Shown: positions 53,501 to 64,000 of the stretch, piece after piece
Layout of the letters: each line of letters starts with the position of its first letter
Position numbering within the stretch: position 1 is the first letter of the stretch
Source: Balanoglossus misakiensis
Taxonomy: Eukaryota > Animalia > Hemichordata
NCBI GenBank assembly: GCA_040954595.2
Contig: CM082590.2
Span: forward strand, 248,001-312,000
DNA length: 64,000 bases
Reading direction: 5' to 3'
Made by a program: the position numbers and the translations under genes
Notes under the pieces: model-generated
The model's input: the letters and a program-made list of their open reading frames with translations, nothing else
The model's database searches: none
What the model was told of the DNA's origin: nothing

Positions 53501-56500
53501 TTGACATATGGTACATGCATACCAATTTCCAAAGCAATCTGACCAGTAATTGTTGACTTACAGAGTTTTGATAAATTTCACATTTTACAAGCTAATTTGC
53601 ATATTTTTGGGCCTGGCAACTTCGTTTGGACAAACTCCCATCTACAGCCCAGCCTGCACCTACACACCAAATATTGAGGTGATACGCGCAGCGGTTCTCA
53701 AGTTTTTGATGTGGACGGACATACAGACATACATACATCCATCCATACATACACACAGACGCAACCCATCCCATAAGGTCCCATGGTATATATGCCTATA
53801 CCAATGGGACCTAAAAATCTGATTGACCCCATTCTTGTCAAAATTGCGTTTTTGGCAATTTATTGCCTAAAAAGACCTACTTAAGACGAATTTATCATTT
53901 TAAACATTTTCTAGAGAAAAAAATGTTTGCAACTTATAATAAATAAAAGTCCATTCTATCTTAAAAGTAGCGATTTTTCCAAAAAAGCACTCTTACTGAC
54001 TCCACAGAGGGAAAAAATGCCATTTTGGCCATTTTACTCAAAAAGGTAACTGTTTGAAACTTCTTTCTTTATTTTCAGAGATCTTATGATGTACGGAGAA
54101 GGTCCATTTTTGTTGAAAGGGAGCCGATTCCAAAAAAAAATTCTTTTCAGCCCTACAACATTGTCATTTTGGCCATTTTTTGGTCAAAAAGGTCATTTCA
54201 AGAAAAAATGAAAACAAGCTGTTTTCTTCGTATTTAAATGTTTGATTATGAATGGAAAGTCCATTTTTTGCAAAAATATGCTGATACCAACACAACAGTC
54301 TTATTAAGACCCCACTCAATACAAAATTGCCACTAAGCCACCTTCTAGTCAACAATTGTCTTTTTCAGAAAACAAAATAATTGGTGTTTTTTGCCTTTTG
54401 AGTTTTGATGTTATATTTGCATATTTAAAATGTCATACCATATGATATCAGTTGAATTGATGATATTGAAAGGCAGAGTTGCCACAATTTGGCACATTTA
54501 GCCTAAAATGGAACTCAACAATAAAACGAGATGATCCATGTATTCACACTGTATACTATAAGTCGGTTATACATGGTATAATTTTTTTATGTACATCTAT
54601 ACCAGCTCCGGATAGATTGTTGACATTTATCCTCTTCGTTCTGAATACAAAATCAGAAATTATATTATAGCATGATACCTCCGTCATTTTGATTGGACAG
54701 GGGTGCAATCCCACGATGCTAAATACTCAATAGAGCTAAAACTGGCCCCTGAACTAGCACACAACAGGGAAAATGTGGGTTTAAACCTAATAAATATACT
54801 AAAAACTCTTAAATTCCTTGACGTTTCAATTTGGAGATGCTCTAAGTGAATATTTGGGACTTTGCCAGGTGCAGTGCCTGTCTTTTTGTCGCCTGTATCA
54901 TGTTTAATGCTTGGTCCTGGGCGACGTGTTTAGATTCATCGATGCGACTTTGGTTCAATTTGTATACCTTCTTTTACTCTCGACGCTGTATCATCATCAT
55001 TATGAGTTCAATTTGGGCTATCTCCAAATGCAAACATTTTTTTTCTCTAGAAAATGTTTAAAATGATAAATTTGTCTTAAGTAGGTCTTTTTAGGTAATA
55101 AATTGCCAAAAACGCAATTTTGACTAGAATGGCGTCAATCAGATTTTTTTTTACATAGAATGGACTTTTCATACATAATCAGATCTCTGAATATGAAGAA
55201 AACAGTTTGTTTTTAGTTTTTTTGTAAAAATGACCTTTTTGACCTCAAAAATGTGGCCAAAAATGGCATTTTTGTATTGATTGGGGTCAAAAAGACTGCT
55301 TTATGTTTTATAGTCACCATTTTACACATAGAATTGACTTTCCATATATCATCAAATAAATCAATATGAAGAGAAGAGTGTGTTTTAAGTTTTGTCTAAA
55401 AATGACGTTTTTGGGCAAAAAATGGTCAAAAAGGCAATTCTGTCTCGTTTGAGGTCAGTCAGACTGCTTTTTTTGTAATATCAACCAAATTTTACATAGA
55501 ACAGGCATATCATATGTCATCAGATCTTCGAATGTGACGAAAACAGTGTGTTTTTAGTGTTTTCTAAAAATGACCTTTTTTGGGTTAAAAAGTGCCAAAA
55601 TGGCAATTTTTTCTTGGGTGGGGTCAGTCAGACTGCTTTTTTCGTAATATCAACCAAATTTTACATAGAATAGGCATATCATATGTCATCAGATCTTCGA
55701 ATGTGACGAAAACTGTGTTTTTAGTGTTTTCTAAAAATGACCTTTTTGGGTTAAAAAGTGCCAAAATGGCAATTTTGTCTTGGGTGGGGTCAATAAGACT
55801 GACTTTTTGGAATCATTTTTTACATAGAATGGACTTCACAAACCTTCCTTACCAATTTTTTTATTTAAAGGCACCTATCTCCTAGGGTAATAACTTGTCA
55901 TCATAGTCACTAATTGGTAAGGGTACTTGGAAGTATGACGTAATGATGACGTAATTGATTATTATATCAATTTTTTGCAATAATTAGATACTTTACTCAA
56001 TCAGCTTTCTGTTGATACCAAACACATCACAGTTTTCATCAGTTTTCATCAGTACAATTGCACAGAGACATGTTTTGCAAAACCTCACATTTATAGGTGA
56101 ACAGAACACTATTTTCGTAAGGGTATTTTGACTTATGACGTCACTATGATGTCATGATTTGTCATATCACTTTTATTTTGTAATTAATGAAAAGTTTGTT
56201 TATTGAGCTTTCTTTTGATACCAAATACATCCCTGTTGTTCAAGGTATACGTTCAGAGAGACAGCATTTTACAAGACTAATTTACCCCCTACGTCAATTT
56301 ATATGCACTTTTAGGCTTTCCTACATACGTTACCCAATATAATTTAGAAGCCAATAACTCGAAAACGCCCCGGTGCCCAGATGGCAAACAAAGTGAATTT
56401 TACTCAGTATATGATAGGCTTTCAGAAAAACATTGTCTCGAAAATTCCCCCGGGGGGGGGGGGGGGGGAGGTAAACCCCTACTGGCTATGGTCTATAAGT

Positions 56501-57681
56501 TCTGTCAGAGTTCTTCAAGTAGTTACACATATCAATCTGCTACAGCTTTTATGAATTACAAAACCAATACATTTTGAATGCTGCACACACTGGTGTCTCC
56601 AGAAATTTGGCCCTAATTGCAGATTTTGAAGACCTCAGTTAATTGGTACACATACATGTATATATTCCAAGGGATGGGGATTTGAACGTAACTACCTTGG
56701 TGTGCACAACACACAGATTTGTACAAAATGCATTGTGGATTAATTACCTTGAGATATCTGTTGAGATCAGGAACTCTCCTGTCTGCTACTTCTACAGCAC
56801 TTCTTTTCAAATAAATTTTGCCTGTGAACAAAAAGTACACAGATTTGAATGCTATGTTGTCAATGCCAGGCATAAATAAAACACAGTCACAATTTAGTTA
56901 GTCATTATTTTTTTGGGAATAAACTATAAATACTCCACTTATACTCATAATTGTATCATTTTGGGTGGTAGAGGTTAAAAGCTGTCATGATTATGAGCTT
57001 CAGTCTTACAATCAGTACAACTTTCATTATAGCCCCAATAGCTGTCACTGGTAGCATATTTTGTAATTAATGAAATACTTGAATCTTTTCCTTAATATCC
57101 TTAGTTGACAAACGACACTGTTTTGAATTTGTGAAGATTCTAACATCATGTGTACAAACAATGATAGCTGTACATAGTATGTACCCGGGACATGTACAGA
57201 GTTTACTATATTCGGCTCAATCACGTATTGAGCACTCTACTGCAAGCGATCTACAAGTCCACGAAGTAATACAATGATAGTTGTATAATACTCTTGTAAT
57301 GGGCAGCTGAATATAAGTAAATCATGGGTGTGGCACCCATTTTTTATTGAACTTGATCGTATCTAAACCTGCAGCCACAATCAGAGGTTGATGACATGTT
57401 TGTGTATACCCATCAGTAAGCTCATTTAAATGGACAACTCTAAGTTTGAAAGTAAATTCATGAAAAAAAATGCCAAAAATAGCAGCTATTGGGCCTTTAA
57501 CAATGCTTGAATTACTTTTTATAAATGAGTAATTTTTACCTGGTAATTTCCTTGGTCCTGCATGACCAGCTTCAGTTGGGAATCTGTCATCTAATCTTTC
57601 TTGCAGAGTGTTAAAATGACTATATCGTCTTACAATCAGGTATGACTTCCCACTTTCTAGAGTCACTTCAATGAAATATAC
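47531..57681 (-). CDS. NCF4: PX-SH3 protein, neutrophil cytosol factor 4 (p40phox)-like, partial. Exons 57681-57540, 56821-56748, 50693-50506, 48428-48338, 47629-47531
   Basis: Five GT-AG exons splice in frame without stops: PX domain [76 protein letters not shown], a linker, then SH3 [38 protein letters not shown] (compare p40phox APRAEALFDFTG..ELNFKAGDVI..RINKDWLE). Confidence 0.82.
50768..51114. mobile_element. TTAA-flanked MITE, AGGGACAAAG family
   Basis: TTAA|AGGGACAAAAG ... CTTTGTCCCT|TTAA with a largely self-complementary body. Confidence 0.82.
51121..56493. mobile_element. Foldback-type element with about 1.46 kb inverted arms built partly from ~170-bp subrepeats
   Basis: TA|GACCATGAGCCAGTAGGGGTTTACC ... 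GGTAAACCCCTACTGGCTATGGTC|TA. The left arm 51121-53931 (minus the nested insert) mirrors the right arm 55029-56493. TCTATGTAAA-type anchors recur at about 51781, 51951, 52120, 52287 and 52461. No transposase ORF seen. Confidence 0.88.
52468..53818 (-). mobile_element. HINE / DINE-1-like element, copy 2, nested in the left foldback arm
   Basis: Same ends as 44051-45063, with three 240-bp central repeats (52620, 52860, 53100). It is inserted in an A/T run that is uninterrupted in the mirror arm (about 55141-55152). Confidence 0.82.
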
Positions 57682-58442
57682 CTGATGTGCAGAAAGTCAT
57701 TACAACACAAATCAATACATCAGAATTGGGAGTAGTACTTGGACAAAAATACTGTGAAACATGTTATTTTCGCAAGCAATAAATTTTTCGCGGAATACGC
57801 GAGAGCCAAAATAACGTGAATTGTTCTTTTCATAAGAGAATGCGAAAATTAATACTCGCAAAACAGTTGCCTCTTTTGATATCGCGAAAATAACATGTTT
57901 TGCTTCAAACAGTTTGTAACACAGTTTCAACTTTTCACACTCTAAGGATCAGTCAGTATGTCAGCCGACTTACTCAAGATGGTGCAGGCATGTAATTGGC
58001 TCCGAATTGTACCCAAATCTTGTGTATACCCGCCTGTGGCAGGGGTAATCGCTTAATCATAGGCTCATAGCACTGGTAATCATTTGGAAATTTTGTGGAC
58101 ATTTTCAGAAAAAAAATATCTTTTCCAGGATTTTCAAAAGACAATAAAATGAAATTCAATACTTTCAATTTCAAAGATACAGCAATAAAGAATACTGTGT
58201 TATGACACACCCTGTTTAGTTGCTTGGTCGAGAGAGGAATAGCTTTTCTTTGCATAACAAAGGGCCCTGCCTTTTCAACTAGTTCATTTAAATATTAGTA
58301 ATAACCAGATGGTCACCCATATAAAAGGCCTTCTCACAAAAACCACGAGGCACACTTCTCAACACTGACTCGGAGGAGCATGTCACTCCAGCTCCACATC
58401 GCCTTGGGAATTAGGAATTTACCTAGCTGGGCTGGACTCTGT

Positions 58443-58575
58443 CAGCAACAGACTTTGTGTGAGCAACGGACTACTGTGAGCAACTGACTTCTGTGATCAA
58501 CTGACTTCTGTGAGCAACGGACTTTGTGTGAGCAACGGACTACTGCGAGCAACTGACTTCTGTGAGCAACTGGCT
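58443..58575. repeat. 17-18 bp minisatellite (TGAGCAAC[TG]GACT...)
   Basis: About seven to eight imperfect tandem copies of tgtgagcaactgacttc / tgtgagcaacggacttt. Confidence 0.75.
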
Positions 58576-58900
58576 TCGGTGAATGTCGGACTTTGTCAGC
58601 AATGGACTTGTGTGCCTTGGTGAGGCTTGAGTTCGGCCAGGACTTTTGTGGACTCGGTAACTCCTCGACCAAGCAAGGTAAAACACATAGAACATTTTTT
58701 TTCTGTGCGACCTTTAGATTTTAGAAAGTTAATTTTTCAATGAAACATTGTGTTGTTGAACTACAAACTGATCTCCATTGTGTGCTCCCGTTTTTTTCTA
58801 CCGTAACAACTGTAAAATGGGTAGCTTTGGCGAATGATAAATGTTTTCGCAAACTTTACGAGAGCCCCCCAAAAGTAGTAGCGAAACAACAATTATGCAT

Positions 58901-61900
58901 AATAGAATAATTATTATTTTCCGCAGATTAGAGAACGCGAAAATTAATCATTGCAAAATAGTCACCTTTGTTGACATCGTGAAAATTCCCATTTTACAGA
59001 CAGTTACAGACAGACTACTCACATTGTATTTAGTTAGATTGGCAATATTTATGGATCTTCTTTTTTCCATATCAATGATGACAGCAGATACCACATGATC
59101 ATTCGATCATATCTGACCCGTGTCGCCAAGGGGAGACTGTTAACCAAGGCAAAACCTCGAGCTACTGAAATCAACTTAGCAAAGGGGGATTGGCCAGAAT
59201 ATGTTGTGCAAACATAATTTTTTTTTTGGGGGGGGGGATCTAATAGAATTATTTTCCGCAGATTAGAGAACGGGAAAATTAATCATTGCAAAATAGTCAC
59301 CTTTGTTGACATCGTGAAAATTCCCATTTTACAGACAGTTACAGACAGACTACTCACATAGTATTTAGTTAGATATGCAAGATTTATGGATCTTCTGTTT
59401 TCCATATCAATGATGACAGCAGATACCACATGATCATTCTTAAGATCATATCTGGGACTGTTGGGGGGAAAAAACAAAGGAGAAAGTTAGAAAACAGAGA
59501 AATCAGCTCTAGAAAATTTCTTATCAGCACCAATTGGGATTTGTGTTTAGAACCACAACAATATGTTTGTTTATTTTTGGAAAAACAACATCAAATTAAA
59601 ATTTCATGAGGTCTTGTTGAGTTGTTGACAGGATATGGTCAATGGAATATTTGATGACCTGATTAGTTTTATCATCCTGCAGACATAACAATACCATAAT
59701 GTATAATTTCTGGCAGTATGTTTTCAATGTAATGCCTGTAAAGTTCTATTGTAATTTGTTTTATTTCTCTTATTCGATCTGAGATATTTTTTTTAATATA
59801 ATGTGCTTTATGTATAACAGATACAGATTAAGATTATTTTCTTCTCAGATTGGTATTTCCATGATATTTATACCAGTACTGGCAGTATAGAGCTAAAGTC
59901 CCTCTGGGAATAATGAATGCACAATTCTCTGTCTATACGAACATAAAAACACATAATTATGCTTATTAGCCATCTGGCCATATATTCAGCCAAGGTACGT
60001 TCATTCTTGACCATAGTGACATATATGCACAGGGCGATGTCACATACCACGAGTCGCATGTTTATGTGAATTAATGATAATACTAGTAATGTACAAGAAT
60101 ACAAACAATATTTCACCAGAGCCAGTGGCATTCTGTAATCATCATGTGATAGGAAACATAATACATTTGTACACTGTTTGCACAAGAGGGAAGCACTTTT
60201 CTGGGGATGTAAAACATTGCCTGAACACGTCCAGTCCCTCCACTGAATTTATCTGAGACGTGATCAATGAATAGTCGTGACAAAGTCGCCATGCAACATT
60301 ATTATCACACAATGCATTGTGAATGTGAGTGAATTATGGTACTACAGCTGAATTATTTCCGGTTATAATTTGTGATTTCCGTTTTCCTGGAACTTGGAAG
60401 ACAGAGGTGCCCGGGGAGCTGGTGTTGCTAGGTTGACTGGTTTACTGGGGGCTACGAACACACTCAGCACTCGCTACAATCATTGCAGCTACCCCAACCC
60501 CAACAAGTGGGGGCATTTGTTAAGTTCGTTGTAAAACTGAGGGGCCGAAACGACTGGAAACCGTTGCTTAATCGTGAAGGTTGGCGACAAACCACATTTG
60601 ACCCGTGTCGCCGAGGGGAGACTGTTAACCAAGGCAAAACCTCGAGCTACTGAAATCAGCTTAGCAAAGGGGGATTGGCCAGAATATGTTGTGCAAACGG
60701 AATTTTTTTTTTTTGGGGGGGGGGGGGATCTTGGCAAATTCTACTTCCGCATTACAAAATTCTCAGTACTGGCACTGGTGGCCAGAATATGTTGTGCAAA
60801 CACCAACTGTAAATGTAATGGCCTATGTTATTGTTGGGAAATATAGAATTGAATTCAGTTACAAGTACATGTATCAGTGTTTTTGTCTGAGATATTTCTG
60901 GTAAAAAGGGAAACAATTATATTGCCCTGTCTGCATCTGTGTAAATATGCCAGAGAAACGCATTTACCTTCAGCCTAAAATTTTTTTTTTTTAAATATTC
61001 GCTCGCCGCTCCTGGAACTTGGTCCAAAAAATCCGATGAACAAGATTTTTATTCTCTCTGGCCTAATAGAATTAGTTTCCGCAGATTAGAGAACGCGAAA
61101 ATTAATCATTGCAAAATAGTCACCTTTGTTGACATCGTGAAAATTCCCATTTTACAGACAGTTACAGACAGACTACTCACATAGTATTTATTTAGATAGG
61201 CAAGATTTATGGATCTTCTTTTTTCCATATCAATGATGACAGCAGATACCACATGATCATTCTTAAGATCATATCTGGGACTGTTGGGGGGGGGGGGAAA
61301 CAAAGGAGAAAGTTAGACAACAGAGAAATCAGCTCCAGAAAATTTCTAATCAGCACCAATTGGGATTTGTGTTTAGAACCACAACAATACATTTGTTTAT
61401 TTTTGGAAAAAACAACATCAAATTAAAATTTCATGAGGTCTTGTTGAGTTGTTGACAGGATATGGTCAATGGAATATTTGATGACCTGTTTAGTTTTATC
61501 ATCCTGCAGACATAACAATACCATAATGTATAATTTCTGGCAGTATGTTTTCAATGTAATGCCTGTAAAGTTCTATTGTAATTTGTTTTATTTCTCTTAT
61601 TCGATCTGAGATATTTTTTAATATAATGTGCTTTATGTATAACAGATACAGATTAAGATTATTTTCTTCTCAGATTGGTATTTCCATAATATTTATACCA
61701 ATACTGGCAGTATAGAGCTAAAGTCCCTCTGGGAATAATGAATGCACAATTCTCTGTCTATACGAACATAAAAACACATAATTATGCTTATTGGCCATCT
61801 GGCCATATATTCAGCCAAGGCACGTTCATTCTTGACCATAGTGACATATATGCACAGGGCGATGTCACATACCACGAGTCGCATGTTTATGTGAATTAAT

Positions 61901-62503
61901 GATAATACTAGTAATTTACAAGAATACAAACAATATTTCACCAGGGCCAGTGGCATTCTGTAATCATCATGTGATAGGAAACATAATACATTTGTACACT
62001 GTTTGCACAAGAGGGAAGCACTTTTCTGGGGATGTAAAACATTGCCTGAACACGTCCAGTCCCTCCACTGAATTTATCTGAGACGTGATCAATGAATAGT
62101 CGTGCAACATTATTATCACACAATGCATTGTGAATGTGAGTGAATTATGGTACTACAGCTGAATTATTTCCGGTTATAATTTGTGATTTCCGTTTTCCTG
62201 GAACTTGGAAGACAGAGGTGCCCGGGGAGCTGGTGCTGCTAGGTTGACTGGTTTACTGGGGGCTGCGAACACACTCAGCACTCGCTACAATCATTGCAGC
62301 TACCCCAACCCCAACAAGTGGGGGCATTTGTTAAATTCGTTGTAAAACTTAGGGGCCGAAACGATTGGAAACCGTTGCTTAATCGTGAAGGTTGGCCACA
62401 AACCACATTTGACCCGTATCGCCCGAGGTGGGCACCCTCGCCGAGGGGAGACTGTTAACCAAGGCAAAACCTCGAGCTACTGAAATCAGCTTAGCAAAGG
62501 GGA
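58901..62503. repeat. Tandem duplication, about 1.82 kb period (internally deleted partial 58901-59239; 59240-61061; 61062-62503)
   Basis: TTCCGCAGATTAGAGAACG.GAAAATTAATCATTGC occurs at about 58920, 59255 and 61077. Duplicated ORFs 59868-60185 and 61693-62010 are nearly identical. Confidence 0.92.
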
Positions 62504-62546
62504 ATCTTACACAACGTCATACACCAAACATATGTGACATACTTAC

Positions 62547-62572
62547 GCACTAGCGGCGAGTAAGGCAGTCAT
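62547..62572 (-). CDS. Candidate first coding exon (MTALLAAS) of the NCF4-like gene
   Basis: ACAATG start context, 26 coding nt, strong GTAAGT donor, phase 2. It sits next to the CpG-richer promoter-like region. The connecting phase-2/0 exon was not found. Confidence 0.35.
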
Positions 62573-62670
62573 TGTATCCAACAGAATCTAGCCAGTTCGC
62601 TAAAACCACAGGTGCTCTTAAGATATCTGCGTCAAGTTTTGTTTTTGACCGAAACGCCCACAGTTCATTG

Positions 62671-62924
62671 CGCTGGGCTTCTCCACTACGTAATGACCCC
62701 GTGACCCCAAAACCGCTAGATTCAAAAAATTTTCAACAACAGCCAGCTGATCGCTGTTATCGAAGATCAAGTTGTCTGCTTGTACAAACAGCACAGAGAC
62801 GTACTTTTGAACAGAAAGCCATTCAAGAGAAAATGATGGGAAAGTTTATTTTAGCGCGGTTTATGGGGTCACGGGGTCATAACTTAGTGCATGAGTAACC
62901 CAGCGTCAAAAACAAAATGGCGAC
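62671..62924. promoter_or_regulatory. Candidate bidirectional promoter with an inverted pair of TGACCCCGTGACCCC motifs and a YY1-like AAAATGGCG
   Basis: Imperfect inverted repeat 62671-62718 / 62852-62905 lying between divergent ATG-plus-donor candidates (62572 minus, 62917 plus). Confidence 0.35.
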
Positions 62925-63321
62925 CTATACATCAAGTCTGGAAAAGACGGCGGTTGAAGTTTTTTGGGGCATATTGAGCCATTTGGACGTAATTGTGTCA
63001 CTCTGACTGTGATAATTGTGATTTTATGGAAAACGTGATACATTGGCAACTTTATTTATATGTAGGTATTTGATTTCGTAGAGTTTCCGTACATGACTCA
63101 TTTTACGTGTCCGACCTTCTCCTTCCTTCGGAAGTCGCCCCTAGCAGATCCCCCCATTCGCTCTCCTCTGTGACAGCACAAGTCCACGAGCACCTGTGGC
63201 TAAAACCAGAACTGTCTCTCTCTTGGTAAAGATTTGACACCATCGCTACCAGCCTCTCAGATCCAGAGGGCGCCGTCAATGACCTTTGACATTTCAAAGA
63301 CGTAGTGCGTTAGTTAGCTGT

Positions 63322-63495
63322 TTGCCTCTCAAGAGGGCGCCATCAATGACCTTTGGCTTTTCAGATATGCGGTCCAAGACGTCTCTCCAAATCCACTTCA
63401 GAGCGCGAGCTCAAACCAGAACGGATTTGGAGAGATGTCTTGGACCGCGTCTCTGAAAAGCCAAAGGTCATTGACGGCGCCCTCTGGAGAGGCAA
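63322..63495. repeat. 73-bp-arm imperfect palindrome (28-bp loop) with an extra partial arm at about 63262-63290
   Basis: TTGCCTCTCAAGAGGGCGCCATCAATGACCTTTGGCTTTTCAGA..CTCCAAATCC is mirrored by GGATTTGGAG..TCTGAAAAGCCAAAGGTCATTGACGGCGCCCTCTGGAGAGGCAA. Confidence 0.85.
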
Positions 63496-64000
63496 GTATC
63501 GCTGTCCAGAGGTCGCGTTTACGCAAAAAGTATGCGTATTTGACGCAAAAAATCCTCACTTGACGCAGATATCTTAATCAGTGCGTCAATATTGACGCAT
63601 AGGAACGGCCGCTCTATATGCACAATGGTCAACGGAAACCATATGCGTGATACCGCATACCGCTGACTATCCCCCTGGGATCAAAATAATCACTTGTGCG
63701 CGCAAACATTGTACTCAAAATGTAACAACCACTAGTGCGCCCAACCTTTTGTACCCAAAATGTAGCTAATTTTGTTTAATGAATATTGAACTAGACATGT
63801 CTAGGACACAGGCTGAAAGGAGTTTGACGCATTTTTTTTTATGAATGCATCAAAAAGACGCACTCAAAAAAATGTTACTGCGACCTCTGGCTGTGTGTAT
63901 GTATATGACGTCATTTCACAGCCATATTGTTGAAGCCAGCCATCAGACTCCTTATCTTGGAAGTTTCTGATGTTTCATTGAATGACGCGATGTCGTTCCG

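Noticed and set aside
44792-53822. Paired ORFs MLSYRVLINF... / [10 protein letters not shown]... as paralogous genes
   Set aside because: Both lie within the two HINE copies and read through the microsatellite.
58442-58672. ORF with HRSQLL/VRCSHK repeats
   Set aside because: It arises from a 17-18 bp minisatellite whose unit length does not preserve frame.
60364-60475. Minus-strand RVLSVFVAPSKPVNLATPAPRAPLSSKFQENGNHKL* as a displaced terminal exon of the NCF4-like gene
   Set aside because: Weak acceptor with no pyrimidine tract and no recognisable PB1 motif.
63103-63297. Minus-strand ORF as the first exon of the PX gene
   Set aside because: No PX-like residues, a weaker donor than the 62547 candidate, and it overlaps palindromic repeat sequence.

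Overview
AT-rich, intron-containing animal genomic DNA; a marine invertebrate origin is an inference from repeat content and protein divergence. No prokaryotic-type system, RNA gene or CRISPR array is visible. 355-39518 is a head-to-tail array of about six near-identical 4-7.3 kb units, each carrying a cassette of middle exons of Integrator complex subunit 1 (INTS1). The INTS1 3'-terminal exons follow once at 41390-43583. Every unit carries stops, frameshifts or exon deletions, so this reads as an amplified, decaying INTS1 pseudogene. Individual units have private insertions (CR1-type LINE, L2-type LINE, TTAA-flanked MITE), and diagnostic variants alternate between odd and even units, suggesting a higher-order dimer. 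On the minus strand lie a disrupted gene for an unidentified signal-peptide protein (45302-47012) and a PX-SH3 gene resembling NCF4/p40phox (47531-57681, possible first exon at 62547-62572) that appears to stop halfway through its SH3 domain. One NCF4-like intron holds a 5.4 kb foldback element with about 1.46 kb inverted arms and a nested Helentron-associated (HINE/DINE-1-like) element; a second HINE copy is at 44051-45063. Their internal repeats carry AGGTCA DR1/DR4 arrays. A 1.8 kb tandem duplication and a palindrome-rich, possibly bidirectional promoter close the window. Homology calls come from recalled protein sequences, not from database searches.
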